Notes: a model not told the origin generated them from the sequence alone. Positions 11,489-24,168 are shown, counted from the first letter of the whole stretch. The stretch is 63,569 nt of DNA, filler included, from Globobulimina sp. (GCA_003354225.1; 55 parts of 55 records of this genome joined end to end with filler, not necessarily neighbours in it); one strand, 5' to 3'. Made by a program: numbers and translations.

Positions 11489-12150
11489 NNNNNNNNNNNN
11501 NNNNNNNNNNNNNNNNNNNNNNNNNNNNNNNNTTAATTAATTAANNNNNNNNNNNNNNNNNNNNNNNNNNNNNNNNNNNNNNNNNNNNGATTAAGACAAG
11601 GATGTACAATGTTGCCTATATTAATCCTTTGACTCATCACCGACGCCATATGGCGTCGGTTTGCTACCTAACATCGCAAAAAAAATTTAAGAATCTTAAT
11701 TTCGTTTAGGCATTTAGGCGCATTTGTAAGATTGAATGTCTGCTCACTGCTTAGCTGAGAGAAGGCTATTTGTAAGTTAATAACCTTACATTTTTTAAAA
11801 GCTTAGGCTTAAGCTTTTCTCATATGTAAGGTTTGACCAAATGTTAGGTTGCTTACGGTACTTTTGCGTTTTGTTTCGAATTCGTTTCGGAACGCTTTTT
11901 GCATTGTGGTTTTGCTTTGTTTTCCATGAATACTTGCTTTTATGTCCATTTATGGCTTGGGTACCATTGATATTGAGTGGTCACAGACTGTGTTTTGTTT
12001 GCCTACTTATAAACTAATAATTGTACGATTGTTTTAGCCTCGAAAGGAAACGAAACGAAACAGAAGGAACACACTACGTTTCAAAATACAATCACTACTG
12101 CCTGTACTTCTATTTATTTTGTATTTCGTATTATTAAAACATTTTATTTA

Positions 12151-12310
12151 TTTGCCATTCAAGGCCAACCCACCACCATCAACATAGTTAACAACATTTG
12201 CCATTCAAGGCATCATCCATAATATAAAGTGTGAAAAAACATTTGCCATTCAAGGCATCATCCATAAATACAGTATGAAAAAACATTTGCCATGCAAGGC
12301 ACGATCAATA
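12151..12310. repeat. Degenerate ~45-bp minisatellite (4 units, core TTTGCCATTCAAGGC)
   Basis: Core at 12151, 12197, 12242, 12286. Confidence 0.8.
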
Positions 12311-12746
12311 ACAACAGAGCTAATGTACTGATGACATGGGAAAAGTTAGTGTCACTTTTAGTGACCAACAATACATTTAAGACACATATAAACCCGTACT
12401 GTTCAAACACAAGAGATCACCGATTGTTGAGCTAGTAAAGGCATTTGCATTTGGTAAACGATAATGGAATGATAATGCATAACAACCTAATTAGAATCAC
12501 ATTTAAAAAAATGTACTTAATTACATCAAGTGGTTTAGGCGCATGGCAAATAAAGACAAGAATAGTTTTAAATGACTGAAATTAAAAAAGAACGCCGCTC
12601 TACCAGCGCTAACTACACTAAAAAAAGAAATTAAAGAAACAAAACGNNNNNNNNNNNNNNNNNNNNNNNNNNNNNNNNNNNNNNNNNNNNTTAATTAATT
12701 AANNNNNNNNNNNNNNNNNNNNNNNNNNNNNNNNNNNNNNNNNNNN

Positions 12747-13804
12747 AGACCAGTTCTACATTGCAATTGTTCTGAAGACAAGCAATATCGATATTCGTCA
12801 TATTTTCATCCAGTAATTCGCTTTGGTTTTGACTCCCTTTCACAGCAAACTCTAACATCTTATTATACCAAGAGTCATCTCCATCATTACCAGCCTGTGA
12901 ACAGTCACCTATTAAAATACTTGTGGTCATGTTTTTGTGATGAATTCTTGTGTAACGTAAGCTGCATTTGCCATCTGTTCCAGCATATGTACAGTTTTTG
13001 GAGTGTTTTCTTTGTACCTTTTCAAAATTCTTTGCAAATGAAAAAACCAGCCAGTCTGCTGAAGTTGCTAGATACTGCATTCCGAATTCAAGACATGTTA
13101 TAATGTTGTTAGTGGGATTTATGCTATTGGTTGTGCTCAGAGAAGTTGTTGTTGTTTCAGATGTTGTTCCAGTTTGCAGAGTCATTGTGCTGATAGAAGT
13201 TGTAGACTGTGTCACCTTTGTAGTAAGTCCAGTTGGTGTTGCAGTAATATTTGACCATATCATTGATTTGTTTTGAGGAGACACACATTTATGATCTTGA
13301 AACATTCTGACCATCTTATACATTAAATCTAGATTGCAGTAGTCTTCATAACAAGTACTTCCAATATCCTTTTTGGATTCATTGAAAGGTTTATCTATTG
13401 TTGAGAGTGCAATTTCGAGCATTTCAGAAAACCACCAGTCATTATCTTTCTCCCCTTCTTTGGGCATTACAGCACAGGCAAAAACCAAATTATGATTGTT
13501 TGAATGTTCAGAGGTAATGAGGAATATTCCACAATTCTCATATGTTTGGCATGTCCCATATTTTTTTGCCTGATATTCAACTTCACTTATTATTCTATCT
13601 GACAGCAACCAGTCAGGTGAGTTTGAATAATATTCCAATGGAAATCGATAACATGTAATCTTTTTTCGTCCAGTATGATAAGTTGAAACATTAGGGGACA
13701 ATAATGATGTCCACATAGACTTCGTTGTAATTGAAGCCAGTGCAGTTTCTGTTGTTGTGGATTTGTTTGCACAAATCATTGGCTTATTGTCTGAGGACAA
13801 ACAT
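12747..13804 (-). CDS. Extracellular protein with tandem Cys domains (ITC...CN, three-finger/Ly6-like) and Thr-rich linkers (partial)
   Basis: Two homologous ~110-aa units ITC..DWL..W(F/Y)..MLE.A..C....CN. Confidence 0.6.
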
Positions 13805-13904
13805 NNNNNNNNNNNNNNNNNNNNNNNNNNNNNNNNNNNNNNNNNNNNTTAATTAATTAANNNNNNNNNNNNNNNNNNNNNNNNNNNNNNNNNNNNNNNN
13901 NNNN

Positions 13905-14349
13905 TTTGCATTGAATGTGGACAAAATACCATCGATTTTAATATTTGTCGACGATTAGCACGACTTGCACTAATAATTGGATTCTGATGTGAATTGATTG
14001 GACATTTTCCATTATTTTCCTGTACCAATCGATTTAAACATTGTTTCCAATATAAACATATTTCTTCATCATTATGATTGCAGCCTAATTCCACCGCATC
14101 ACAACAAACTGAGCCACAATCAGCACATAAATATGCTTGTGGTGTTATGAATATTTTCTCATCTTCAAATATTTTACAATTCCATCCTTTATTATTTACC
14201 TTTATAAATGAAAGCATTTCATCCATTTGATTATCAGGATTATTACAGAGATTTTGAACATTAAAACTACTTCTTCGTTTTTTCTGTTTTCTGCCTGATT
14301 TTGATTTTTTTGGTTGTGGTCTATTTTTCCTTTTGCTTTTGCGAGGCAT
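13905..14349 (-). CDS. Degenerate RING/TRAF-type zinc-finger protein (partial)
   Basis: CADCGSVCCDAVELGC..CLN..CPINSH..RRQILKSMVFCP; basic N-terminus. Confidence 0.65.
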
Positions 14350-14590
14350 CAGATTTAATTATGCTGACTCAATTACTCAGAAAAAACTGTGAACAACATT
14401 TGTCATGGCGCAAGGATGCGAAACTGATGAGATTGACTGTGTCAAAGGCACAGGGAAAGATTGATGATCATGAATTGTGCGGAACGAAGTGTCAGAGGTT
14501 GAGAGGTTTAAAAATAATATTAACAGCTCTGGATCTATATAGGTATCCAGTTTACATATAATTTCACAAAAAAAAAACGTTTTTATTTGA

Positions 14591-14962
14591 TCAAATATCA
14601 ATAGTAACTCCTAATTCTTTAATAAATTGTTGAACTAATTCAATCTGTCCAGGCCACGCGGCACCAGAAATTAATGTATATTCATCATCTGTACCTTTAT
14701 CAGTAAAACATTTTGTAATTGGTTCCGGCTGTAAATACTGAGCATTACAAATCGCAACAACTGGTGAACACGCTGGATATGCAGTAGTTTTTCGCCCATT
14801 TAAAATTTGTGCTGCAGCCAATACCAATACACCATGACAAATTTGAGCAATCACTTTTTTTTTCTTTGCAAATTCTTGAACCATCGATATTACACTTTTA
14901 TCAATTGATAAATATTCAGGTGCACGCCCTCCGGGAATATATAAACCATCGTAACCATCAAC
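14591..14962 (-). CDS. DJ-1/PfpI family protein (5' partial)
   Basis: YDGLYIPGGRAPEYL, IAQICHG, GRKTTAYP, GAAWPG. Confidence 0.92.
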   Translation of the reverse strand, partial: VDGYDGLYIPGGRAPEYLSIDKSVISMVQEFAKKKKVIAQICHGVLVLAAAQILNGRKTTAYPACSPVVAICNAQYLQPEPITKCFTDKGTDDEYTLISGAAWPGQIELVQQFIKELGVTIDI

Positions 14963-15062
14963 NNNNNNNNNNNNNNNNNNNNNNNNNNNNNNNNNNNNNN
15001 NNNNNNTTAATTAATTAANNNNNNNNNNNNNNNNNNNNNNNNNNNNNNNNNNNNNNNNNNNN

Positions 15063-15665
15063 ATTGAATTGTTTTGCATTGGTTTCAAAATGTAAATATT
15101 TTTCACGATGAGTCACACAAACAATAGGATCGATATCCACTTTATCATTAATGAGATATTCAAAACATGCTCTCAATGAATTATGTATTATGTCTATGAA
15201 ACCAATGCTAAACTCTTTGCATTCAAATCTATTCAAAATCTCCCCTTTTGTAAGAAAGACACTTTGTACGTTTTTCATATATTTTTTCTTTATAACCAGA
15301 TTATGATTCATCTCATTCTCATATTTCAGTCCAAATTGATGTACAATATGGCTTCCCATTGATAAGCTGGGTACAATCACCATATCCAATTTTAATATTT
15401 TGCATATTTCATAGGCAGTTTGTATAGTTCGTAGCATTGGAGAAACATAAATACGTTTTATTGGTTTATATTGAGATATATTTAGCAATTCCTTTGATAG
15501 CACAGATGCAAAATTATGTGCTTGTTGTACACCAAACTCTGACAGTGGTAAATCAAATAAACGTGTTACATCTGCTTTCTTTGCATATTCAGGATCAATG
15601 TCTTCAATTCTTTCACCATGTCGAATACACCAAATAAACGTTGTTTCATGCTGCTCCAGGCTCAT
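15063..15665 (-). CDS. Histidine phosphatase (phosphoglycerate mutase-like), 3' partial
   Basis: IRHGER, DLPLSEFGVQQA, YVSPMLRTIQTA, VCVTH. Confidence 0.88.
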
Positions 15666-15749
15666 GATCACTTCACTTAAAAGGTTAGTAACTGAAGTAA
15701 CTAATAAATAAAATATCACACAATAAATTATATACAGTACAACTTAATT

Positions 15750-16120
15750 TTATATGCGATGAATTTGATATCCCCAATCGTGCCTAAAATCATTAAAACA
15801 ATAACTACCAAGTATCATCATCAAAGCCACAGATAATAAAGGCAACACAACAAATGTGACACAAGCGCAATATGCACATGCATTGGTATCACAAGCACCA
15901 AAACACCAACAACAATCTATGAAATTACAACAATCATTACATCTCCCACAGTCTGAGCAACATCCACAACACGTCTCTGTCGGTTGGCGATACCCAAAGT
16001 CTTCTGTTTGTATTCTACAATCAGTTGGTATGTAATTATAAACAGTATAACTACCGTCCTCCACTCTGCCCCTATCCGCATAAATAACGTAATTACTCAG
16101 ATTTATTGTATCCGGCATGC
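15750..16120 (-). CDS. Cys-rich membrane protein C-terminus (partial)
   Basis: CCGCCSDCGRCNDCC cluster followed by a TM segment. Confidence 0.45.
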
Positions 16121-16521
16121 NNNNNNNNNNNNNNNNNNNNNNNNNNNNNNNNNNNNNNNNNNNNTTAATTAATTAANNNNNNNNNNNNNNNNNNNNNNNN
16201 NNNNNNNNNNNNNNNNNNNNCAAAGGGGACGGGTTATCCAACCACGGGGGGGTTATGTATCAAAACTCATCGTTTAGAAAAACCAGCTGAGATTGTATGG
16301 ACAAAGATATTGATATTGTCCATACACCAATTTATAGATGGGAACAAAACAATAAACACGAGCAAAAGCAAAATTGGTAATAAAATAATATAACTTAAAG
16401 TTTTTCTACAAAATGAGACTTAGAGGTAAAAAACCAGTGTGGTTCAAACCATCACCGCGTTTTTGAACTTCATAGAATGTCCTCGTTGTGTTGCAACAAA
16501 AAAAAAACAGCATCAGCATCT

Positions 16522-17278
16522 ATGATTGGTGGAACAAAAGGTATTGGATTTTGGTCGGGATGTCAACTGTTAAGTTGTATTCACAAAAAGCAAACAAAGC
16601 AAAAGCATATTCTTGGTTGAGCACAGTTTAATAAATAACATGGTTGGCCCCGCATTGGTTTTAATCCCAGCCCTATTCCAAAAATACGGTTATTTACCAG
16701 TATTATCCATGTTATCCGTAGCTTGTTTGTTGTCCTTCTTTTGTGGTATCATGCTAACCCACGTGATCACAAACATCCAATCCTCGCCAGATCGCAATAT
16801 GGCAAATAAGCGGCCAGAAATGAACCATATCATTGACTTTTACTTTACGACGCATACATATTTAAAACATGTAATCATGATAACGTACATTGCCTCGTTG
16901 GTATTGACTTTGGTCAGTAATATCATCCAAAGTGCACAAATCGTCGATTTAGCCATCAGAGATATCTTTGGTTGTTCCTATGCATTAGAATTATTTCCTA
17001 CATTTTGTGGAATAATCTGTGGCGAGCAACATAGCGATGTGACCCCATTTGGACAGCATATCTATGTCATTTCGACCGGTTTTATCATCTTAGCCGCTGT
17101 CTGCTTAGTACTATACACTGTCAATTACAATTTGGATGATAACATTATCCTGCAATGGATTGCCAACATTGGTTTATTATTCTTGTCTGTCATATGGTTG
17201 GCTATCTTCTTCGAGCAGGACACCTTCGAAGCATCGCGTATCGGTGTGTTGCATGAGAATAAGGCGCTGAATGTCGAC
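16522..17278 (+). CDS. Amino-acid transporter (Aa_trans/AAAP family), partial; intron 16569-16626
   Basis: Spliced start MIGGTKGIGFWSGCQLLINNMVGPALVLIPALFQKYG; multiple TM helices. Confidence 0.8.
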
Positions 17279-17378
17279 NNNNNNNNNNNNNNNNNNNNNN
17301 NNNNNNNNNNNNNNNNNNNNNNTTAATTAATTAANNNNNNNNNNNNNNNNNNNNNNNNNNNNNNNNNNNNNNNNNNNN

Positions 17379-17933
17379 CGTATTATAGGCTGTGATATGC
17401 GTCGTTATATGCGGCGAAGTGGAGGAATACTCGCTCGCTGACAATGAGCGCTGATTAATGGACAGAATGTGGTGCGGTGTGTATGTGAACGTGTTGTCAT
17501 TGCGATGGCCGCTATGTGTCACCGTAGAATTGTTATCCGTTAACACCATTTTTTTTCTATTCTTATTCTGCTGATTTCTGTTGCTGCTCTTCGTGGGTTG
17601 TACGTCATCGCTGTGCTGCTCGTCCAAATCCACAATATATTCGTCCGGGACATGGCGGCAACGATCATCGCTAAACGTTGCTGTTCGCGACGACTCTGAG
17701 TCTGAGGAGGCATATTCATCGCTGTCGTTGCTGTCATTGACTGCCGTTCTCGATGCGTCTGCGTCGTCGGTGGCTACGGCTTGGCTGAGCAGAGCAAATG
17801 GATTGGAAACCTGTGATATTGATAATGCATTTTTTAATGGGAATGGGGTGGAACGGTGAACTTCGGTGCTTTGCGTTGGTTTGTTGATCTCGAAGGCACC
17901 GTAGTGATTGAATACATTTGTTGCATCTGCCAC
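17379..17933 (-). CDS. Low-complexity S/T/D/N-rich hypothetical protein (partial)
   Basis: Long GC-richer ORF; no recognisable domain. Confidence 0.45.
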
Positions 17934-18308
17934 TCTTAAAAAGTAATCGTCAGCGTCCTCGTCCTTAGCCTCTGGTGTCTGTTATCAACGTAGTGCTTTG
18001 GAATAATTAACATATATATATAAATATACTGTATATACAGGGAGATAAAATGCATTGTTTCTAGCAGATCGACGGGGCTTTTTATTTCGAGATTGTTTGT
18101 TAGACTTTCGAGATTGAGAAAAGTTGGTTGCCATTAAAAAAAGTTGGATGACTGCAACTTGAAAACTGAAGTTTTGCAAAACTGTAACATCGGTGGTGTA
18201 CTGATATAATATTTGGTCCTCAGAATGCCAGTGTTCAATATTAATGCCTGTGAGTTGCGTCTGTTTTCCATGATTTAAATAATAACTCAAGTGAGTAGCA
18301 AAAAAGTG

Positions 18309-18436
18309 ATGGCAGAGCCTGTCATCATCAAAGAAGGTTATCTCGACAAACAATCAAAATATTTAAAGCAATTCAGAAGAAGATGGATGGTGTTAAAAGG
18401 AGATTATTTATATTCATATTCAGAGAAAGATAGAAA
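18309..18436 (+). CDS. PH-domain protein N-terminus (partial)
   Basis: IIKEGYLDKQS..FRRRWMVLKGDYLYSY. Confidence 0.85.
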
Positions 18437-18536
18437 NNNNNNNNNNNNNNNNNNNNNNNNNNNNNNNNNNNNNNNNNNNNTTAATTAATTAANNNNNNNN
18501 NNNNNNNNNNNNNNNNNNNNNNNNNNNNNNNNNNNN

Positions 18537-19594
18537 AATGAGTCAGTGTCACGAACTAAATGGAAACGACATTTTGGATATTTGATTTGGCAAAGGAAAC
18601 ATACTGTTATGTTAACTATATTTGATGAATGGAATTGTAAATCAGATATTTGGAATTAACATTTTTAAGTACAATGTATGAAAAAGATCAGGTTCATACA
18701 AAGGATGATGTTATTAGTACATCTTAACTTAATGGCAATCAGAGAGCAAACCAGACCAACACGACGAACACAACAGATACAACTGACACCGCAAACACAG
18801 ACACCACAGACACCACAGAGACATATCGTAGATGTTGCATCGCAATTACCACATTCTATGATTAGTTATATGTATTTTAATCGTATCAAAATTATTAGCA
18901 AACGTTGGATGCAGTACCAGACACAAGCGCTACACAAAAGTAATGAGCTTAAGAGCGCACATTATTATAGTTTTGTATTGTTATTTTTTGGAATATATTT
19001 ATTTTGCAAGAAACACTCTAATGTTGGAATAGCCGATATTATATGTAAATATATTGGGTCCACTCTATATCCCGAAGAGTTTATGGATATATTCACGGAT
19101 AAATTAATTTTTGGGATTACACACCCGCATATTCGCACAAATTTTAGATTTAGACATATTGCATTGGTCAAATTTGAAAGGCAAGACGACGCAGTACAGT
19201 GGCAATTTAATATGGGTAATGAATTTAGGAATATGGTGTATAATGACCGCATAATAAGTACTAAAACAGATGAAGATGAACATGAAATGGTAAGGGAATC
19301 GTGGGAATCGTGCGACTCGTGGCAATTATGGGAATCTAGGCGAGATTATATTGTTAAATTAAAGCCAAAAGATACCAAAATGCGAGTTAAAATATTTGAG
19401 GACAAATCTATGCGTCAAGAACGATTATGGCCAGAAATTACAATTTTTATGGAATCACATCAATCAATTCCTATCAATGAGTCAGTGTCACGAACTAAAT
19501 GGAAACGACATTTTGGATATTTGATTTGGCAAAGGAAACATACTGTTATGTTAACTATATTTGATGAATGGAATTGTAAATCAGATATTTGGAA
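18537..19594. repeat. Contig with exact 119-bp terminal direct repeat: 939-bp circular or tandem unit
   Basis: 18537-18655 is identical to 19476-19594. Confidence 0.95.
18678..19594 (+). CDS. Hypothetical protein (up to 306 aa) completed across the repeat junction; stop TAA at 18657-18659
   Basis: Single open frame; continuing through the repeat gives ...CKSDIWN-stop; true start may be a later ATG. Confidence 0.7.
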
Positions 19595-19694
19595 NNNNNN
19601 NNNNNNNNNNNNNNNNNNNNNNNNNNNNNNNNNNNNNNTTAATTAATTAANNNNNNNNNNNNNNNNNNNNNNNNNNNNNNNNNNNNNNNNNNNN

Positions 19695-20160
19695 CGTTGT
19701 CAGCATCTGTTTTGGACTCAGCAATGTAGACTAAATTGCCGCCACCGCCGGTCGACCAATATTTGTCTTTAAATTTATTTTCTTCCCAAATTGGAGAGTC
19801 GTACGGTGTCCATAAATCATTGATATCGTCGACTATTTGCAAATTAGCTAAACCGAGCATACATAATATCAACACTGATAATGTCAAAATCAATACGATG
19901 CATGGACAGCGCCCTACTGCTGAGCCTAATTTATAAAATGCATTCTCTATGGCGAAGTTTATTTTACGTGTAATGTGGTCACAGCAGGCACATACTCCGC
20001 GAGCTGGAGACCTGCTCGATTCGAGTGTCTGTCTCCTCATTGCATCCAGTACTTCTATCTCTTCATTCTCTTGCTTACTTTTGTTTTGTTCTGCTTCATT
20101 ATCCTCTTTGTTTTGTTTTGCTTCAGCTACGGTTGTTGGCGCACCGTCTGTTGTCGCCAT
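19695..20160 (-). CDS. Patched/NPC1-like membrane protein N-terminus (partial)
   Basis: FYKLGSAVGRCP-TM-GLANLQIVDDINDLWTPYDSP pattern. Confidence 0.8.
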
Positions 20161-20243
20161 TGTTTTCCAAATGCTGCGGCTTTTTTTGAGTACTTTTTGT
20201 TTCCGCAAAGTCAAAAACACAAACAAAGTCAAATTATTTTTTC

Positions 20244-20663
20244 ATGGCACAAGAAGCTCACAGTGTTGTTAATGTCACAACCTTAGACCAATTTAATGAA
20301 TATCTGGATAAATCAGATGAAAAGGCATTGTTGATAGATTTTTTTGCGACTTGGTGTGGTCCATGCAAAAATATAGCACCTCAAATAGAACGACTATCAA
20401 AAGAATATGTGAATGTACAATTTATAAAAATTAATGTTGATAAAATGCAACAAATATCACAAGAATATGAGGTATCTGCCATGCCGACATTTGTATTTAT
20501 TAAAAATAAACAAGAAATATCAAGAGTGCGTGGTGCTGACATTAACTCGATTGTGAATCAACTAAACACATTAAATTCAAACATCCAAACTGTTCAACAA
20601 TATAAACAAAGTGTAAATTATTCATATTCACACAAGAGAAATGTTAATGTGGCAAAATTATGA
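20244..20663 (+). CDS. TXN: Thioredoxin domain protein (3' end uncertain)
   Basis: DFFATWCGPCK, VSAMPTF. Confidence 0.92.
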   Translation: MAQEAHSVVNVTTLDQFNEYLDKSDEKALLIDFFATWCGPCKNIAPQIERLSKEYVNVQFIKINVDKMQQISQEYEVSAMPTFVFIKNKQEISRVRGADINSIVNQLNTLNSNIQTVQQYKQSVNYSYSHKRNVNVAKL

Positions 20664-20852
20664 GAAACACAAAACACTTGCGCTTTTTTGTGGACATTTC
20701 CATGAATTTTTTCCAAACTCCTTTTCTTGATGTCCTATCCATGCCAATATGCNNNNNNNNNNNNNNNNNNNNNNNNNNNNNNNNNNNNNNNNNNNNTTAA
20801 TTAATTAANNNNNNNNNNNNNNNNNNNNNNNNNNNNNNNNNNNNNNNNNNNN

Positions 20853-21910
20853 CAATGAAGTATTTTTAGCAATAATTGGCAATTTCGACATTAAATATTT
20901 ATTTCTATTTTGTATCTTTGTAAAATCAATCCATTCTGTAACAAATCTTTGCAATCGGAGCAATCTAAAAAAATATTTTATTTTCTGATTTTTGTCATAA
21001 AAATATTTCCATCTGAAAAATGTTTGATTTATTAATAATTTTGCGTCATTTTGAATAATTTTAAATTTCCCATTCGTTTCAAATGCAATGCTCGATACAT
21101 TATTTGTGCTCAAAACTTTAATTCCATCACGTTTTTGTATCAAAAGCATTGCATTTTGATTGATTTGATGTGATTTCAATGCAAAACATTTCCATTCATT
21201 CAATTGATATGCAACGATTTGCAATCGCACATTTTGAAAATTTTCCTTTATATTATTATATATTTTTTGTCTTTGTTTATTAAATACTTTCCAACCTTTC
21301 ATATATTTTTGCATTGTCTTCAAATAGTAAAAATTTGTCGAAATTCGTTTATTTTCAACATATTTCTTCCACGAAATAAACATATTTGGCACTAAATGAG
21401 AATGATAAAAATGTAATTCTTTCACAATCAAATTATTTCTTGACTCAGTAATATATTTCCAATATAACAAAGTATCGCACATTTTATTTTCTAATCGCAT
21501 CGATTCATAAAACCTGACCGCTTCATTCAATTTTAAATCACGAAATACTTCCAACAGCTTACATTTCCAAACAGTAAAATACCGTTTTAATGTATTTTGT
21601 GTATAAATCTCTGATGATATATTGTATTTGCTTTGTAATTCATGATAATATGTTGCCCAGTGATTAAATGATTGTTTAATTTGTTTAAATTGATTATAAA
21701 CCATTAAATCCTTCATTTTATTCAATAATATTTCTTCTTTTCGTTGCTTATTTATGTCGTGTTGAATGAGTGCGTTATTAATCAACGAATCAATGATAGA
21801 TTTGGTTGTATATAATCGCTGCCATTTAATAAAACAATTTTTGAGCAACAATGTATAATAATAAATATCTGCGCTATTATGATCATTTCTGGTTTGTTTC
21901 ACAAATAAAA
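20853..21910 (-). CDS. Sfi1-like centrin-binding repeat protein (partial)
   Basis: Periodic F..W(K/Q) motifs (FIKWQ, FNHWA, FTVWK, FISWK, FFRWK) in helical sequence. Confidence 0.65.
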
Positions 21911-22010
21911 NNNNNNNNNNNNNNNNNNNNNNNNNNNNNNNNNNNNNNNNNNNNTTAATTAATTAANNNNNNNNNNNNNNNNNNNNNNNNNNNNNNNNNN
22001 NNNNNNNNNN

Positions 22011-22294
22011 AAACTTTTGCCATCACTGGATTTCCATTACACATTTCACCTGTTTTTGTGGTTTGTTTAGGATGGTAATTTCTATACAGATACATATTGC
22101 TTACCGTTATCACATAACGAGAACAAATAATTATGAGATCCGTCGTAATCAGTGGTTACTAATTCCTTGCCTTTGGCGCAGGTCAAATCAAATGTAGCCT
22201 CACCACTGGGAGTGTTTACGGTCCATTTACATTGACCATTTACAATCCTATAACAACAATATATTGCAAATAATAAACATTTGCTGGTTGACAT
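22011..22294 (-). CDS. Secreted/type I protein with MRH (mannose-6-phosphate receptor homology)-like start (partial)
   Basis: Signal peptide then C.W..TFDL...NYLFSLC pattern. Confidence 0.45.
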
Positions 22295-22458
22295 GTTTTT
22301 TTTTGCTGAGTGAAATGTTTAAGGCTATTAAGGGAAAGAACTGTGTTTGCGACGTCTTCGTAAATTATTCCCACACTAAAATATAATAAAACACTGAAAT
22401 TCTATCTCAAATTCAAGTCAACTCAATCAGTCAGTTTTGTCATTGTTTCTTGCACAGT

Positions 22459-23068
22459 TTATCCAAAGAATGAAGCCTGCCATTTTTTATAAATAAACAT
22501 AAAGCGCGCCAAGAATGCCTCCAAATGAACAATTGGCTTCGCTCCAAGTTGCATTCTATGTTCATGATAGGCCGCAATCTTCGCAATTTCCGGCCTTAAA
22601 GAATCATCCACGTTTTCCATCAATGCAATAGTCAACCTTTCAAATATAATATCACCGGGAATACAATTTGCCAGCAACTCATACAATTTCTGTCTCGCCA
22701 ATAACAATCTTTGCGGCGACTGTTCCTCAACAACAATCCGTGCCAACTCCTCCACAAATAATTGCCATGGCGCTGTCCTTGTTTTCTTGTCACCGATCAA
22801 CTCATTACTTTCTGTACACGACACTTGCAACATTAATATAGCTCTCCTGCACAGTATTAACTATATAACACTCCCTAATAAACAACAAAAACAAACATAC
22901 CGCAAATTCCTATTCGATTTCATAGCAACGTGTCTAGCAAATTCGTCATCGATGGTCACCCTCTCTTTGCTCGCAATCTGTGTTGCGATACACACCCAGC
23001 TTGCTCTGAAGTATCCCCGTAGCTATACCTAACCTGGAAGGGGCACACAAACTACTACTTGTGAAAGC
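22459..23068 (-). CDS. RFC3: Replication factor C subunit (RFC3/yeast Rfc5 type), 5' partial; intron 22847-22900
   Basis: NRNLRRAILMLQ, EEQSPQRLLLARQKLYELLANCIP, EHRMQLGAKPIVHLEAFLARFM. Confidence 0.92.
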
Positions 23069-23196
23069 NNNNNNNNNNNNNNNNNNNNNNNNNNNNNNNN
23101 NNNNNNNNNNNNTTAATTAATTAANNNNNNNNNNNNNNNNNNNNNNNNNNNNNNNNNNNNNNNNNNNNTTGGAAAACAATTTGAAGAAAGCAAAAG

Positions 23197-24168
23197 TTAA
23201 TAAACATAAAACTTTGATCTTTCCTCTCGTGGATTTTTTAACTTTTCAATATTTTTGGTGATGGTATCATGCAAAATGATGTAGCTATTTCTTAGGTCAA
23301 TACTCATTGATTTCAAAGTCATTAAATACGATTTATCAAATTCATGCAATGCACATCTATAATCATTAATATTTGGCCATTTTAATATTTTTGAAATTGA
23401 TTTGCCTCGAATTTGATAATAATTTGTAATTTGCTCAATTGCATCCAATGCGCCATTCTCTGCCCTGCCTAGGTCGTCGACAATGTCCTCTTGGATTTCC
23501 ACACCAAAATTATCCCCTTCTTGGATTGCCGGGATTTTTAAGGCGATGCACATCTTCAATCTGGTTGTTATATTTATAATGTGTATAATTTCGGATGTAA
23601 TCAAATTTGATATCTCTTTTAAACTCCCATTCAAATCAACAGGTGTTTCTAAGCGAAATATTTCCGATTTGCTTCGAGCTACTTTCCTATCCCAGATTTT
23701 ATTAATATTATCATTCTTCTCATCATTTCTATTTTTATTCAATTTTCTGCGCTTTCTTGGCGGTGCTTTATTATTAATATTAGTACGACTCTCATTTTCC
23801 ATAACATTCACTTTGATAGTTTCTGATTCCACAAATAAGTTTGAAATCTTATTATTCGTACACATCAATATACAATTAATTAATATAAACGTTGAACACC
23901 CTCAACTTAACTGATTGGGACAATGTATTTAAAGCAATAATTTTATTTGGTATTTGTTGATTTATATATTCATCAAATTCTGAGTCTATGGTTTTTGACA
24001 AATGTAATATTTTATTTTTAATCTCTTTCATTGCTTGTTTCTGTTCCGATGATGATAACTTTCAATCAAAGTAACAAACACCGACATCTATTACAAATTT
24101 ACAATTTGCAAAGGAGAAGAGATGCTATTTTATCATACATTTTTGTATTGTGATACTGTTAAAGACAT
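23197..24168 (-). CDS. PSME3: Proteasome activator PA28 (PSME3-like); introns 24059-24138 and 23848-23911
   Basis: LKIPAIQEGDNFGVEIQE, YYQIRGKSISK, LRNSYIILHDTITKNIEKLKNPR; spliced frame is continuous from ATG 24168. Confidence 0.9.

Noticed and set aside
12151-12310. Possible CRISPR array
   Set aside because: Period only 44-46 bp, spacers short and similar to each other, repeats degenerate, no cas genes; a minisatellite fits better
18537-19594. Obelisk/viroid-like RNA or CRESS virus interpretation of the 939-nt circle
   Set aside because: No visible genome-wide self-complementarity (the AC-rich tract has no GT-rich partner), no ribozyme core, no Oblin or HUH Rep motif seen; the dataset appears to be genomic DNA. 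Not tested computationally
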